Shown here: positions 47,379 through 57,437 of the stretch, in pieces
Position numbering within the stretch: position 1 is the stretch's first letter
How the letters are laid out: each line of letters opens with the position of its first letter
DNA from: an uncultured Methanosarcinales archaeon
GTDB lineage: Archaea > Nanobdellota > Nanobdellia > Woesearchaeales > ARS49
Length of the DNA stretch: 64,000 nucleotides
NCBI GenBank assembly: GCA_964637115.1
Contig: CAZWVL010000004.1
Location: 1 to 64,000, forward strand
Direction of reading: 5' to 3'
The notes under the pieces: model-generated
Database searches by the model: none
The model's input: the letters and a program-made list of their open reading frames with translations, nothing else
Told to the model about the DNA's origin: nothing
Translations under genes and position numbers: made by a program

Positions 47379-49501
47379 ATAAATACCGGATTTGGATCGT
47401 CGAATGATGCTCTGTTCGCATATTCTCTGAATATTTTTTGTCCGTATGGATAACTGGCGCTGTGGAAAAGTATTACTTTTCGTAATTCGTCTTCATCCAT
47501 CCATTTCTTGATTGTTTCATAGTCGTGTTTGTTGAATACCCGTGTTGCAATAATGCTGGAATTGATTTCTCGTGCTTTGCCTGTTACTAAATCCATCTGT
47601 CCAAAGTCGTCCATGCTTACATACGTTACATCAAGTGGAATTGCTTTTGTTAACGCATCAAAATATGATGCTGGTGTTTGGTAATACCATAGTGCATAGG
47701 CTGCATCTGTTGCGTTTGCAATTACGATTTTGTCATTTAGCGTTATTTTTATTGGCCTATTTCCTATGACTGCTTTGTCAGCATAGAAAGTTGTTGGAGC
47801 GCTGCCTGTAAGCGATAAATTATGCCCCAGTGCAAGATAGGCGTATTTGTCTGGGAAACACGCGACTGATATGTTGTGTTCGCTTAAGTATTTGGCGGCG
47901 TAAACTTTTCCCGGGTGATCGCAGTCGCTGATTACTGCCGAGGCGTTGTAGCGTATTGCCTGCTCTACCAGCATGTTTACTCCGTGTGTGTCAATGATGA
48001 CTGCTAAATCTCTTCTCAAAAAGCGAGTGGTTGGATAACTTAGCTTGTCTAGTGGCACTTCAAATCTGAAAGTGTTATTATTATCTATTGCAAACCAGCG
48101 ATCGCCTTTTCGTGCTACTAGTGTGCCGACGGCAGGAATGTGGGTTATGTTGAGATATTTCAAGTCTTTGACGCGTGCTCCTTCGTGCCAGCCGATTTCG
48201 GGCAGCAGTTCAGATGCATTCCAGCTTAGTCGTTCTGAGAATGTGACAAGAATTTTTGGCCCGTATGGATTTGCGAGTTGTCCGCTTAGCCAGTCTCTGT
48301 ATACCCTGTCTTCTTGTGAAATAACTGTGCTGTTTCTGTTGATTGTGATGCTTGTTCTGCCGATAATGGCTGTTTCTGCGTTGGTTTTGTTTAGTGCAGG
48401 AATTATTGGTGTTTGATATCCGCTTATAACTGTTTCATTTGCTGTTATTGCGTGTTTGTCAAAATCGAGTCGGGGCCTGACTCCGCGCGAGAGTCTTTCC
48501 ATTAAGTCTGCGCGGTATGTATTGCCCACAGATTTCCATTCTTTTGCTGCCGCTCTTAGAAATGCCGCTCTATTTCTGCCGCAGCCGATTGAAGCGCTTG
48601 TTTCGTAAATTAACGCCATTTCTTCGCGGTTTGTGCTTTTTATCTGGTCGTAATATTGCAGGCTCTGGCAGATGATGGTATCATTGTGTGTAAGCCTGCC
48701 GATGATCATCAGTGCATCTCCGCGCACCCATTTGTCTGCACTGTCATTTGCTGCAATTGCCTCAAGTTGTTTTATGAATCTTGTAACGTTGATGCCTGCC
48801 GCTTCTGGAGTGATGAGGAAATTGATGTCTTGTGCGTATGGGTCTGCTTTTCTGAGGAACTTCTGGACGCTCGCGTTTAACATGCCAGTATATACAAGTC
48901 CTGTGTATGGTGTTCCGTCAACAATTATTGTTGGTGCGGATGTAACATTGTAGTTTTCTGCCAGTAATTTGACAAGAGGCTCGTCTTTGTAGTCTTTGTC
49001 AAGAGTTAGGATGATTAATTGTTGTTCGTAGTCTTTGCTCAGGTCTTGCAGAATGAAGCCCTGTCTTTCGCTTTCATCTTGGTCTATTTCGTAGAAGAAG
49101 ATTATTGGCAGGTATGGCTTGTCGCATTCCTTGTTCAGTCTTTCAATTAGGGCCAGGAATCTGAGTTCAAGCAGGAAGTATTTTCTTTTCAGGTAGTCAT
49201 AGTCTTTTCGCCTGAAAAAACTGAAGCGCGAATAGCTTCCCAAATCCTCTCCTACTTTTCTGATTTCATTTTTCAGGTCTGAAATTCTTGACACCATTGC
49301 CTCGCATTGTTCGCCTCCAAAGGTTTCTGTGAAGAACTTTTCCACTCTGTATGCTTCGCTGTCTATTTCGTGTGCAATCATCACATCCTCAATGATTGAA
49401 ATTCTAAAAGCGTCAAATACGTGGTTAATCAGTATGCCGGCTGCAAATATGAGGATTGTAAGCAGCAGGCTTCTTAGGAGAATTGTTTTGCGTTCATCCA
49501 T
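47375..49501 (-). CDS. Exported protein: N-terminal TM, thioredoxin-like domain without CxxC, large unknown C-terminal domain
   Basis: ERQGFIL...YNVTSAPTIIVDG; paralogous to the adjacent 208-aa ORF; start MDERK at 49501. Confidence 0.6.
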   Translation of the reverse strand: MDERKTILLRSLLLTILIFAAGILINHVFDAFRISIIEDVMIAHEIDSEAYRVEKFFTETFGGEQCEAMVSRISDLKNEIRKVGEDLGSYSRFSFFRRKDYDYLKRKYFLLELRFLALIERLNKECDKPYLPIIFFYEIDQDESERQGFILQDLSKDYEQQLIILTLDKDYKDEPLVKLLAENYNVTSAPTIIVDGTPYTGLVYTGMLNASVQKFLRKADPYAQDINFLITPEAAGINVTRFIKQLEAIAANDSADKWVRGDALMIIGRLTHNDTIICQSLQYYDQIKSTNREEMALIYETSASIGCGRNRAAFLRAAAKEWKSVGNTYRADLMERLSRGVRPRLDFDKHAITANETVISGYQTPIIPALNKTNAETAIIGRTSITINRNSTVISQEDRVYRDWLSGQLANPYGPKILVTFSERLSWNASELLPEIGWHEGARVKDLKYLNITHIPAVGTLVARKGDRWFAIDNNNTFRFEVPLDKLSYPTTRFLRRDLAVIIDTHGVNMLVEQAIRYNASAVISDCDHPGKVYAAKYLSEHNISVACFPDKYAYLALGHNLSLTGSAPTTFYADKAVIGNRPIKITLNDKIVIANATDAAYALWYYQTPASYFDALTKAIPLDVTYVSMDDFGQMDLVTGKAREINSSIIATRVFNKHDYETIKKWMDEDELRKVILFHSASYPYGQKIFREYANRASFDDPNPVFI

Positions 49502-50120
49502 GGAGAAGTGGCAGTAATTGTTCTTTGGAAACAAGGCCTGGCAGCGTGTTTTCGTAATTTACAACAAGTGTGGGCGTCTGGTGAATGTCATAATAATCTT
49601 CCAGAAACTCAAGTTCTTTGGAATATTTGTATTCGATGGCGAATACGTGTAAATTGTGCTTCTCCACAAGTTCATCAAGTATTTTTCCTTGTTGTTCGCT
49701 AGCCGGGTCTTGCTGTCTGAAGTAGTAGAGGATGACATTTATTGTGCTGCCGCAGTCTTGCTGGAGTTTTTTGTCAAGAATGTATGTTCTTATTTGCATT
49801 AAATGGTATTTTCTTTTTAAGAAAGCGTAATTTTCTTCTCCGAGTTTTTGTTTTGCATCGCCTGCTCCGAGGACTTTGCCTAATTGCCAGAGTTCATCGC
49901 CCAGGCTGCCAAGTCTTTTTGCTGCAAGCGGGCAGTTTGTTTCAAAGCTTTCGAACAATTCCTGCTCGACGAGGAAGCTTTCTGCATCTAGTTCTGATTG
50001 TCTGAGAACTTTTGAGGCTTCTGCTGAGCTTGAGCTTTTCCATTGGTTGCCCAACAAAACTCCGATTGAGAAAACAACTGCCAGCAGTAAAATCGTTATG
50101 ACCAAGACTTGTTTTTTCAT
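49494..50120 (-). CDS. Membrane-anchored thioredoxin-like protein lacking CxxC
   Basis: EQQGKILDEL...YDIHQTPTLVVN; same scaffold as the N-terminal part of the 47375 ORF. Confidence 0.6.
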   Translation of the reverse strand: MKKQVLVITILLLAVVFSIGVLLGNQWKSSSSAEASKVLRQSELDAESFLVEQELFESFETNCPLAAKRLGSLGDELWQLGKVLGAGDAKQKLGEENYAFLKRKYHLMQIRTYILDKKLQQDCGSTINVILYYFRQQDPASEQQGKILDELVEKHNLHVFAIEYKYSKELEFLEDYYDIHQTPTLVVNYENTLPGLVSKEQLLPLLHG

Positions 50121-51472
50121 TTGACTTCCCACACGCCTATGTTCGAGCCGGTATTCAGTTTTTTAAACGTTTCGCTGTTTTTGACGAGGAAGTCAAGGCC
50201 TTGTTCTTCTCTTTCCCAGAGCAGCCCGTGCTCCATTTCAGATGTGATCAAGATATGGGTAATATTGTATTTGTTGAACAGTTTTTCTGCTTGCGCGAGG
50301 TCTGTTGTCTTGAATAATGCTGCTGCATCCCATGTTTGTTCACCTGGCTCTGCGAGTTCGCGCCAGAGCGGGTCAAGAATCGCTGTATGCCCTGCCGATT
50401 CTACCCAGAAGCCGTAATTTTCATGGGTTAGCACTATTCCTGGCTGGAATTCTAGTGCTTTGAAAAAGGCTGGTGTTGGTGGAGTGTCTGCAGTGCTGAC
50501 TGCGTGCGAAATACTGCTGAACAATAATCCGCAGAATAGTACTAGTAATGCTGCTTGTCTGAGGAAAGTTAGTTCCCATTTTCTCTGTGAAAGTTTTGCA
50601 AGTGCAGCTCCTGCAAGAGCAGAAACAACTACATTGGCGAATACCAAAAGGTGAGGGAAAAAGAAACTTGCTATCAAGAATGCTGTGAAGATTGAGTATG
50701 CTGCATAGATTTTTTTCTTGTGTTTCCATACGAGTACTGCTCCTACTATTGCCAGTAATAATGCAAATATGCTGAATCCGTACACGCCGCCTAAGTCGCT
50801 GATGTATTGTGGTAAGCCTTGCTGAAGTCCTACAAGCGGAGGATTGTGCCCAAGTACGAGCGCGCCAATGCTTAGGAATGCGGTGATTACGAATCGGTTA
50901 GTGTCTTTTTGGGCTGTGAGAAGCAACACTATGAGGAATCCTAGCGCGGTGATGTTGTAGATGAATCCTGAAAGGCATGCGATGACGTAGAATATGCTGC
51001 CAATTAGCCATGCTCTGCCCAGTAAAAGCCACGTGCCTGCCATGAGCAGGAAGAGTATGAAGGCGTGTGGCGTTCCTATGGTGCCGACTGCGATTAGTGG
51101 TGGTGAGAGTGCGTAAGCTAAAAGCATCCAGGGCTGTGTGTTTTTTGAAATGTTGAGTTTTCTGAGTAAAAGCCAGAAGAAGACAAAGCTGAGTATTGCA
51201 AAAATGCCTGGCAGCAGATTGAATGCTAATGGTCCAATAATTGCATAAGCTCCTGCTAATGCAATATGGTATGGGTGCAGGATGTATGGTCTGCCATTTG
51301 CAATGGCAGTGTCCATTTTTGGTATGCCGTCGAGCAATTGCATGGCCATTCTGCTGTGGTAATATGGCTCTGTTCCCGCGAGTGTTTGATTGTGGTGTGC
51401 AAAACGCAAATGGAGCGGCAGTGCTATCATAAAGACTGCCAAAATGAATATGGCAAATAGATGTCTATTCAT
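50117..51472 (-). CDS. GT-C superfamily membrane protein (STT3/AglB-like layout)
   Basis: EPYYHSRM first loop, many TMs, soluble tail VLTHENYGFWV...AILDP. Confidence 0.6.
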   Translation of the reverse strand: MNRHLFAIFILAVFMIALPLHLRFAHHNQTLAGTEPYYHSRMAMQLLDGIPKMDTAIANGRPYILHPYHIALAGAYAIIGPLAFNLLPGIFAILSFVFFWLLLRKLNISKNTQPWMLLAYALSPPLIAVGTIGTPHAFILFLLMAGTWLLLGRAWLIGSIFYVIACLSGFIYNITALGFLIVLLLTAQKDTNRFVITAFLSIGALVLGHNPPLVGLQQGLPQYISDLGGVYGFSIFALLLAIVGAVLVWKHKKKIYAAYSIFTAFLIASFFFPHLLVFANVVVSALAGAALAKLSQRKWELTFLRQAALLVLFCGLLFSSISHAVSTADTPPTPAFFKALEFQPGIVLTHENYGFWVESAGHTAILDPLWRELAEPGEQTWDAAALFKTTDLAQAEKLFNKYNITHILITSEMEHGLLWEREEQGLDFLVKNSETFKKLNTGSNIGVWEVK

Positions 51473-52947
51473 GCTACCACCTTGACTTTGCACTTGCGGT
51501 CTTTTTCATATATTTTTATGCTGTTTGAATGGATTTTTTTGAAGCATTCGCCATCCGCATATGGCAGATCTTTAAAGCCCGGCGGAACGATGATGTAATC
51601 CGCTGAGTACTTGTCGACCAGTTGTACTGCCTCTGTTTCAAAGGTTGTTTTGTAGACGCGCAGGACGTCTTGATATCGTTCATTTGTACGGGGCTGTAGG
51701 AAGAAGTAATCGTCTATGATGTTTTTTCTCTTTGCAAGCGCAGTGATGTAGTTTCCGTACGAAACTGGCGCCATGATCGAGGCATCTGCAGATGTTTTTT
51801 TGCTGAGCATTTCGAGTGCATTAACTTCCTCCTGCGTTATTGTGTGTCCAAGTTGTGCAGTTACTTCAGTGTATGTTGGATAGGCAGTGGTGTAAATGGC
51901 CAGAATTATGGCTACTGCAGTGAAAATCCATGTTGCTTTCGCGATTTTTGTTTCTTTGAGCCAGCTTGAGAAATATAATAGCCATTTGGCAAACAGGAAT
52001 GCCAGGGAAATTCCCAAAAGCATCAAGCCTGTGTAGATGTTTATGAGTCTGAACCAGAGCATTATCTTGGCGACCAGCGTGATTGAAAGCAGGATGAGTG
52101 TTTCGCGCTGTGGTTCGATGAATGATGCTTTGTACAATGCATACGTTCCTCCAATAAGTGGGAAAACGCCAATTTGCCAGAGCGCGCCTAGGATTGTGAT
52201 GTTGGAGAAATATTGTGACAGGAGTTCTTTTGGAACGTTCTGCCAGATGACTGCCGGTCCGTGGAATAAGATTAATTTTTTGTAGATTAGGAATTGGGCC
52301 CATAGCGCGAAAAATATTGCAAATAATCCTAGTTCGTATTCCGCAATTCTCGGCTTGAGTTTTTCCAGCTGTAAAAGAATTATGTATACTCCAATGCTGA
52401 GGACAAATACGATTGACAACGGGTGCATGAACACAAACAACAAAAGGGCTGACAGGAAAATCATAATCCATTTGCGTTCTGGGCATTTCAGCCATGCGTA
52501 AGTTAGAAAGAAGAACAGCGGAACGGCCAGTGTCAATTGTGAAACTTGGTTGAACGTATGTGCAAAATATGCAGGCACAAGTGAAGTTATTAACGCTGTG
52601 AATTCTGAAAAGAGCTTGTGTTTCGTTAACAAGAATGATATGAGGTATGCTGGGATGACTAACAGGCTTGCAAAGACGTTTGGGATGATTTTGTACACTA
52701 ATGGCAAGGGCATAAACCATCCGAAGAAGGCTAATATTGCGTCAAATATTGGGCTTCTGATTAACGTTCTTCCTCCGTAACCAAGCGGGTCGTGCCAGAG
52801 CAGTTTTCCGTTGTACAGGCTGTCTGTGGCACGTACTTCCAGATAGGCGCTGTCTGAGCTGAAATAAGGTGTTTGGAATGCGAAATATAGTCGAATAGCT
52901 AATACGAATAGAAATACGACTGTTAGCCCCACCCACGGTTTACTCAT
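51469..52947 (-). CDS. GT-C superfamily membrane protein (STT3/AglB-like layout)
   Basis: SDSAY...HDPLGYGG first loop, many TMs, tail IMAPVSYGNYITALAKRKNIID; start MSKPW at 52947. Confidence 0.6.
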   Translation of the reverse strand: MSKPWVGLTVVFLFVLAIRLYFAFQTPYFSSDSAYLEVRATDSLYNGKLLWHDPLGYGGRTLIRSPIFDAILAFFGWFMPLPLVYKIIPNVFASLLVIPAYLISFLLTKHKLFSEFTALITSLVPAYFAHTFNQVSQLTLAVPLFFFLTYAWLKCPERKWIMIFLSALLLFVFMHPLSIVFVLSIGVYIILLQLEKLKPRIAEYELGLFAIFFALWAQFLIYKKLILFHGPAVIWQNVPKELLSQYFSNITILGALWQIGVFPLIGGTYALYKASFIEPQRETLILLSITLVAKIMLWFRLINIYTGLMLLGISLAFLFAKWLLYFSSWLKETKIAKATWIFTAVAIILAIYTTAYPTYTEVTAQLGHTITQEEVNALEMLSKKTSADASIMAPVSYGNYITALAKRKNIIDDYFFLQPRTNERYQDVLRVYKTTFETEAVQLVDKYSADYIIVPPGFKDLPYADGECFKKIHSNSIKIYEKDRKCKVKVVA

Positions 52948-53003
52948 ACTATAGTAGCAAAGGAGAGGGTTTATAAAGGTTATTGGCATTGGTATAGACG
53001 GGT

Positions 53004-53684
53004 ATGAACACAAAAAGAGTGCCTACGGGGGCTGATTTTTTGGATGATTTCTTGGAAGGTGGATTTGAGACAGATGCCATTACGACTATTTATGGCCCTG
53101 CTGGCGCTGGAAAAACTAATCTTGCCTTGCTGGCAGCTGTCGAGGTTGCCAAACAGGGTAAAAAAGTTATTTATATTGATACTGAGGGTGGTTTTTCTGT
53201 TGCTCGTTTGAAGCAGATCTTGCCCGATTACAAGAAATTGCTTGACAAGTTTGTGTTTCTAAGGCCCACTACTTTCGAAGAACAGAAAAAAGCTATTGAG
53301 ATGTTGAAACAGCTCGTTAATCAGCGCATTGGCTTGATTGTTGTTGACACGATTACAATGCTTTACCGCTTGCAGAGGAGTTTCAAGGAAGATGATAATT
53401 TCAATCGTGATTTGAGCTTGCAGATGCTTGCTTTGAACGAGATTGCCCGAAAGCACAATATTCCTGTTCTTTTGACATCGCAGGTTTACGCGTCTTTTGA
53501 AAACAGCAAGGTTAAGATTGTTGGCGGGGATATTTTGTTGTACACGAGCAAGTGTTTGCTTGAGCTTGAGCCGTTGCACTCTGGAAGAAGAAAGATTGTT
53601 CTTAAAAAGCACAGGAGTATTGCCGGCGAGAAGGAAGCTTTGTTTGAAATTGTAGAAAAGGGCGTGAAAGAAGTCAAAATCTAG
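53004..53684 (+). CDS. radB: DNA repair and recombination protein RadB
   Basis: GPAGAGKT, YIDTEGGFS, VVDTIT, TSQVY, KHRS basic patch; no N-terminal HhH domain. Confidence 0.92.
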   Translation: MNTKRVPTGADFLDDFLEGGFETDAITTIYGPAGAGKTNLALLAAVEVAKQGKKVIYIDTEGGFSVARLKQILPDYKKLLDKFVFLRPTTFEEQKKAIEMLKQLVNQRIGLIVVDTITMLYRLQRSFKEDDNFNRDLSLQMLALNEIARKHNIPVLLTSQVYASFENSKVKIVGGDILLYTSKCLLELEPLHSGRRKIVLKKHRSIAGEKEALFEIVEKGVKEVKI

Positions 53685-53719
53685 AAAAATTTATTTACTC
53701 TGAACCTTAATTTACAATT

Positions 53720-54532
53720 ATGGGCCTGCTCAACCGATTGTTTGGTGGAAAGAAAAATCTTGCTAAGGAGATTTCTTTAGACGAAGAAAAGATCCAACAG
53801 GTTTGGGCTGATTATCTTGCAACGTATGAAACAAAGGCAAACCTGGCCAAAAATAAATTAAACGTAGAAGAAATGACTCCTGAAGTCATGCAGGCACTTC
53901 AGCAGATAGAAAGCCTTATCGCGAAAGAGCTTGTCTATATTGAAGATGAACAGAAGGCTGAAAAAGAGGTTTTAAGGGATTTGGACAGCCTTACTGAGGG
54001 TGAGTCCGCTGATAAAATTGAAGATTTAACAAACGACGTCACCATGTCAAATCGACTTAGTGAATACAAAGTGCAGGCCTTGCTTGAACAGCTGTTCTCG
54101 GTTCTCCAGACTGAATTGCAAATAATTCAGCTTATTAAGAGGGATCCGTCGCACGCCAAAGATACGGCCATAAAGTTGCGTGACCTCATCAAGTATACCG
54201 AGAACGTGATTCAGGACGGACTCAATTCTTCATATACCAATGAAAAAAGACAAAAACAAATATTGGATGCAGTGCATAAAGTCCTTGCAGGAAATCTAAC
54301 TAACCCGCCGAAAGCATCATCAAAAGTCCCCGCAATTAAAAGTGTGGTGAAACAATTCGCAGAGGATTTATTAGAAACGAACTTCGCAGGCCAAGGGTCT
54401 CTGGAAAAAGTCGTTGAAAATGAGGCGCTGCTCACCAAACTGATTGCGGAGTATCATCCAAAGTTCTCTCCAGCGCAAATCAAGACAGTCATTAAGGCCT
54501 TCCGCGAGGCGTATTACAACGCAGAGTTTTAA
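53720..54532 (+). CDS. Hypothetical helical protein (270 aa)
   Basis: Long clean ORF, acidic/helical; N-terminus MGLLNRLFGGKK. Confidence 0.65.
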   Translation: MGLLNRLFGGKKNLAKEISLDEEKIQQVWADYLATYETKANLAKNKLNVEEMTPEVMQALQQIESLIAKELVYIEDEQKAEKEVLRDLDSLTEGESADKIEDLTNDVTMSNRLSEYKVQALLEQLFSVLQTELQIIQLIKRDPSHAKDTAIKLRDLIKYTENVIQDGLNSSYTNEKRQKQILDAVHKVLAGNLTNPPKASSKVPAIKSVVKQFAEDLLETNFAGQGSLEKVVENEALLTKLIAEYHPKFSPAQIKTVIKAFREAYYNAEF

Positions 54533-54548
54533 AATTAAAAAAATAAGT

Positions 54549-55151
54549 TTACTCTTCCGTGAATTCGTCCAGAGTAAATGGTGGTTCTTGGTCCGCACTA
54601 AGAACGCCTCTTATTTTCAAATACTCGCGTGCGAGGATGTAGAACAATAGGCCGAGTGATTTCTTGCCTTTGTTGTTGCACGGCACAACCAGGTCTATTT
54701 CGTTGCTCTGGTTGTTTGTATCGCACAATGCAATGACTGGCAGACCGATTTGAATTGCGTCTTTGATGGCGTTTCTGTCCGGCCAGCTGTCTGTTGCAAG
54801 GATTGCTTTTACTTCGATGAACGTATCCAGTTTTGGATTTGTCAAAATTCCTGGTGGATATCTGCCTGCAAATACTCTGATGCCTGTGTGTTTGCCGAAT
54901 GCTTTGACTGCTTTCCAGCCGTTTTCTCGTCTGCTGCAGATTAGAATTTCTTCTGGTGAGTATTGTGATAGCAAATTTGCAGCCATTCTGATGCGCTCAT
55001 CAATTTTTTGCAGGTTGAGAACGCTTAAACCGTCTGGTCTTGTTTTGTAGATAAACGAGTCCATGTACTTTGTTCTGAACTTTGTTCCTATGTGTATACC
55101 TGACTTCAGATATACGTCTTGTGGTACTAAAAATGTTCCTTCGGTTGACAT
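54549..55151 (-). CDS. rps2: 30S ribosomal protein S2 (uS2)
   Basis: YLKSGIHIGT, RYPPGILTNP, DAIQIGLPVIALCDTNN, PCNNKG. Confidence 0.97.
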   Translation of the reverse strand: MSTEGTFLVPQDVYLKSGIHIGTKFRTKYMDSFIYKTRPDGLSVLNLQKIDERIRMAANLLSQYSPEEILICSRRENGWKAVKAFGKHTGIRVFAGRYPPGILTNPKLDTFIEVKAILATDSWPDRNAIKDAIQIGLPVIALCDTNNQSNEIDLVVPCNNKGKKSLGLLFYILAREYLKIRGVLSADQEPPFTLDEFTEE

Positions 55152-55258
55152 ATTTCTTTCTCCCGGTGTTTTTTATTGCCTCACACCGTGTTTGTTCGTG
55201 CCAAGCTGGCATAAACTGTTGGCAATACATTGTCGTCGAGAAGGGTTGTTTATAAAGC

Positions 55259-56320
55259 TTATGGTCCATAGCCGAAACGCCGTCTGAGATTAGTAAGGCG
55301 TTTTATTAGCTCGGGATCCATTGTTCTTTTTTTTGCTTTTTCCAAACCTGCTAGAAGGGGCAAAAAGAGATCTAGTCTGGTCTTATTGATGACTTCTTGC
55401 GCTTCGCCGGACAGTTCTATTTTGTTGAAAATGAATTGCAATGGGAAAACGCTATAGCCTGGCGGCAGCGTTATTACTTGTTGTTGTTCTGGATGTTCTT
55501 TTGCAAAGACGTAGTCAAGGGTTATAGCATCATGTTCTTTTTGTTCATATGGTGCGCTGAGGAAGCTTGCATGTCTTTCTATTTCCCCTGGCCAGAATAT
55601 CATTCCTGTCAGAGTGTCGATTGAAAATACGCGATGCGATTGCAACATGCCTGGAACATCGTAATACCTGCCAAGAGTCATTCCTGTGCCGATATTTTCG
55701 CCTGGCAATTCTTCGAATTTTCCTTTGAGGAATTCAACATTTTTTTGAACGCGATGTTCTACGGACAAATCATAACCCCGCAGACTGCGTTCTTCAGGAT
55801 TCATGGGTTTTTCAATTCTTTGCAGTGCTACTTGTGATGCAGTTATTGCATCACCTATTTCTTGTATTTTGCTGTAAAGTACGACTATATCGTTCATAAG
55901 TCCGCTGTAATGAGATTTTGATTCGACTATTGTTGCTTCACCCGCTTTTTTTCGGTATAGTGCTTCCAGTTCGCTGCGTGATAGCATGAAATCTTGTGCT
56001 AATGCTTCTTTTCCGCCTACGAGAAAATATAGGTCGAATTGCCCCTTGTAGTTTTTGATTGCTTCTTTTATTATGTTCATTTCACTTTGTGAAATGGCCA
56101 CTTCCTGCATTCTGGCTATATCTGTGAGTGCATGCACCAGGCGCACGATTGATGAAAGAAGTTTTGTTAATTCATTCGCGCGTGTTTCTCGTGCTAATCC
56201 TTGAACTGTTTTGAGAAATCCTGATAGACTGGCGTACTTGCCGTCAATACTTACAACAACATTTTGGTTTCCGCACGGCCCAATGCATCGTTGTGATACC
56301 TCTTTAAGCGATATCGCCAT
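55259..56320 (-). CDS. Hypothetical protein (353 aa)
   Basis: Long ORF filling the gap between rps2 and thpR; no recognised motif. Confidence 0.6.
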   Translation of the reverse strand: MAISLKEVSQRCIGPCGNQNVVVSIDGKYASLSGFLKTVQGLARETRANELTKLLSSIVRLVHALTDIARMQEVAISQSEMNIIKEAIKNYKGQFDLYFLVGGKEALAQDFMLSRSELEALYRKKAGEATIVESKSHYSGLMNDIVVLYSKIQEIGDAITASQVALQRIEKPMNPEERSLRGYDLSVEHRVQKNVEFLKGKFEELPGENIGTGMTLGRYYDVPGMLQSHRVFSIDTLTGMIFWPGEIERHASFLSAPYEQKEHDAITLDYVFAKEHPEQQQVITLPPGYSVFPLQFIFNKIELSGEAQEVINKTRLDLFLPLLAGLEKAKKRTMDPELIKRLTNLRRRFGYGP

Positions 56321-56352
56321 CGTATCTGAAATAGAAAGTTTGCTTTTAAATG

Positions 56353-56865
56353 TTACTTGTAGGCCGCAACATCCTTGTAAATCGGCCCTTCAGAAGTGAG
56401 CTGGCTTTCTATTAACTTAAATTCTTTTATGTCAAAAGTAAGTTGTTCAACTTTCAGATTTTTGACATTTTCTGCAAATTTTTTGTCTTGAACTTCTTTG
56501 ACACGGGCAAGAGTTATGTGTGCTTTGAAATCTTTTTCTTTTGGAAAATTTAGCGCTTCATCAATATTTTTCTGAAGTTCGCAAATGATGTCTCTTGGTT
56601 CTATGCCTATCCATACAACTCGCGGCGTGCCGTTTTCTGGAAATACTCCTATACCGTCTAATTTTGCAGTAAATGACTTGAATGATATTTTCGTAAGTCG
56701 TTTTTTTACCTCATCTGCCTGAACGGGCGTGATTTCGCCCAGGAACTTGAGTGTCAAATGAAAACTTTTGGTGAATGTTAGTTTGGCGCCGATTAATTTT
56801 TTCTGTAGAGTGAGAAAATAGTCGTGTACTGCCTGCGATACATCAAACGCGATAAATAATCTCAT
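56353..56865 (-). CDS. thpR: RNA 2',3'-cyclic phosphodiesterase (2H family, LigT/ThpR)
   Basis: MRLFIAFD, two HxT motifs FHLTLKFLG and AHITLAR; true start at 56865. Confidence 0.92.
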   Translation of the reverse strand: MRLFIAFDVSQAVHDYFLTLQKKLIGAKLTFTKSFHLTLKFLGEITPVQADEVKKRLTKISFKSFTAKLDGIGVFPENGTPRVVWIGIEPRDIICELQKNIDEALNFPKEKDFKAHITLARVKEVQDKKFAENVKNLKVEQLTFDIKEFKLIESQLTSEGPIYKDVAAYK

Positions 56866-56896
56866 TGTAAAGAAAAAAGATAATAAAAATAAAAAC

Positions 56897-57343
56897 TTAT
56901 TGTTCGTCAGATGGTTCTTCAGCTGGTTCCTCGGCTGGTGCTTCCTCTGCAGGAGCTTCTTCGCCAAAGCTTTCAGAGTCCTCTGAAGATTCTGCAGGTG
57001 CTTCTTCTGCTGGAGCTTCTGCAGGCGCTTCTGCTGGTGCTTCTTCGCCAAAGCTTTCAGATTCTCCTGCTGGAGCTTCTGCTGCTGGTGCCGTGCCTTG
57101 TCCGACGACTTCTGCAAAACCGACTTTGCGCAACACTTTTGTTACGCGAATTTTGATTTGCTGTCCTTCTTTGACGCCCGGAACGAACAACACGAAGCCA
57201 TTTTTCTTGGCTATGCCGTCGCCTTTTTCGCCAACTGCTTCTATGGTGACGTCTAATTCGTCACCAACTTTGACTGGTGGGGTTTGCATCCCCATGCCTC
57301 CGCCTTGTGGTCGGAAGCCTCCTGATCTTCTATCTCCGTACAT
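56897..57343 (-). CDS. Single TRAM-domain RNA-binding protein with acidic Ala/Pro/Glu tail
   Basis: PVKVGDELDVTIEAVGEKGDGIAKKNGFVLFVPG. Confidence 0.9.
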   Translation of the reverse strand: MYGDRRSGGFRPQGGGMGMQTPPVKVGDELDVTIEAVGEKGDGIAKKNGFVLFVPGVKEGQQIKIRVTKVLRKVGFAEVVGQGTAPAAEAPAGESESFGEEAPAEAPAEAPAEEAPAESSEDSESFGEEAPAEEAPAEEPAEEPSDEQ

Positions 57344-57437
57344 ATTTTATTTCACCTACCTGTATATTGTATGCCCCGCATACAAAGTGTTTTGCTCGAG
57401 GAAAGTATTTAAATGTTGTGCATGATTGCTCGTGAAT

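Noticed and set aside
51866-52720. 284-aa alternative-frame ORF, and the many 60-200 aa antisense ORFs in the track
   Set aside because: They lie wholly within well-supported genes and have no motifs; treated as shadow ORFs.
56955-57061. 23-bp direct repeat in the TRAM gene tail
   Set aside because: It encodes a duplicated SESFGEEA in a low-complexity acidic tail; ordinary slippage.
56866-57117. Gln/Lys-rich 84-aa N-terminal extension of ThpR in the ORF track
   Set aside because: It is an alternate-frame reading of the repetitive TRAM tail; the 2H family start MRLFIAFD is at 56865.
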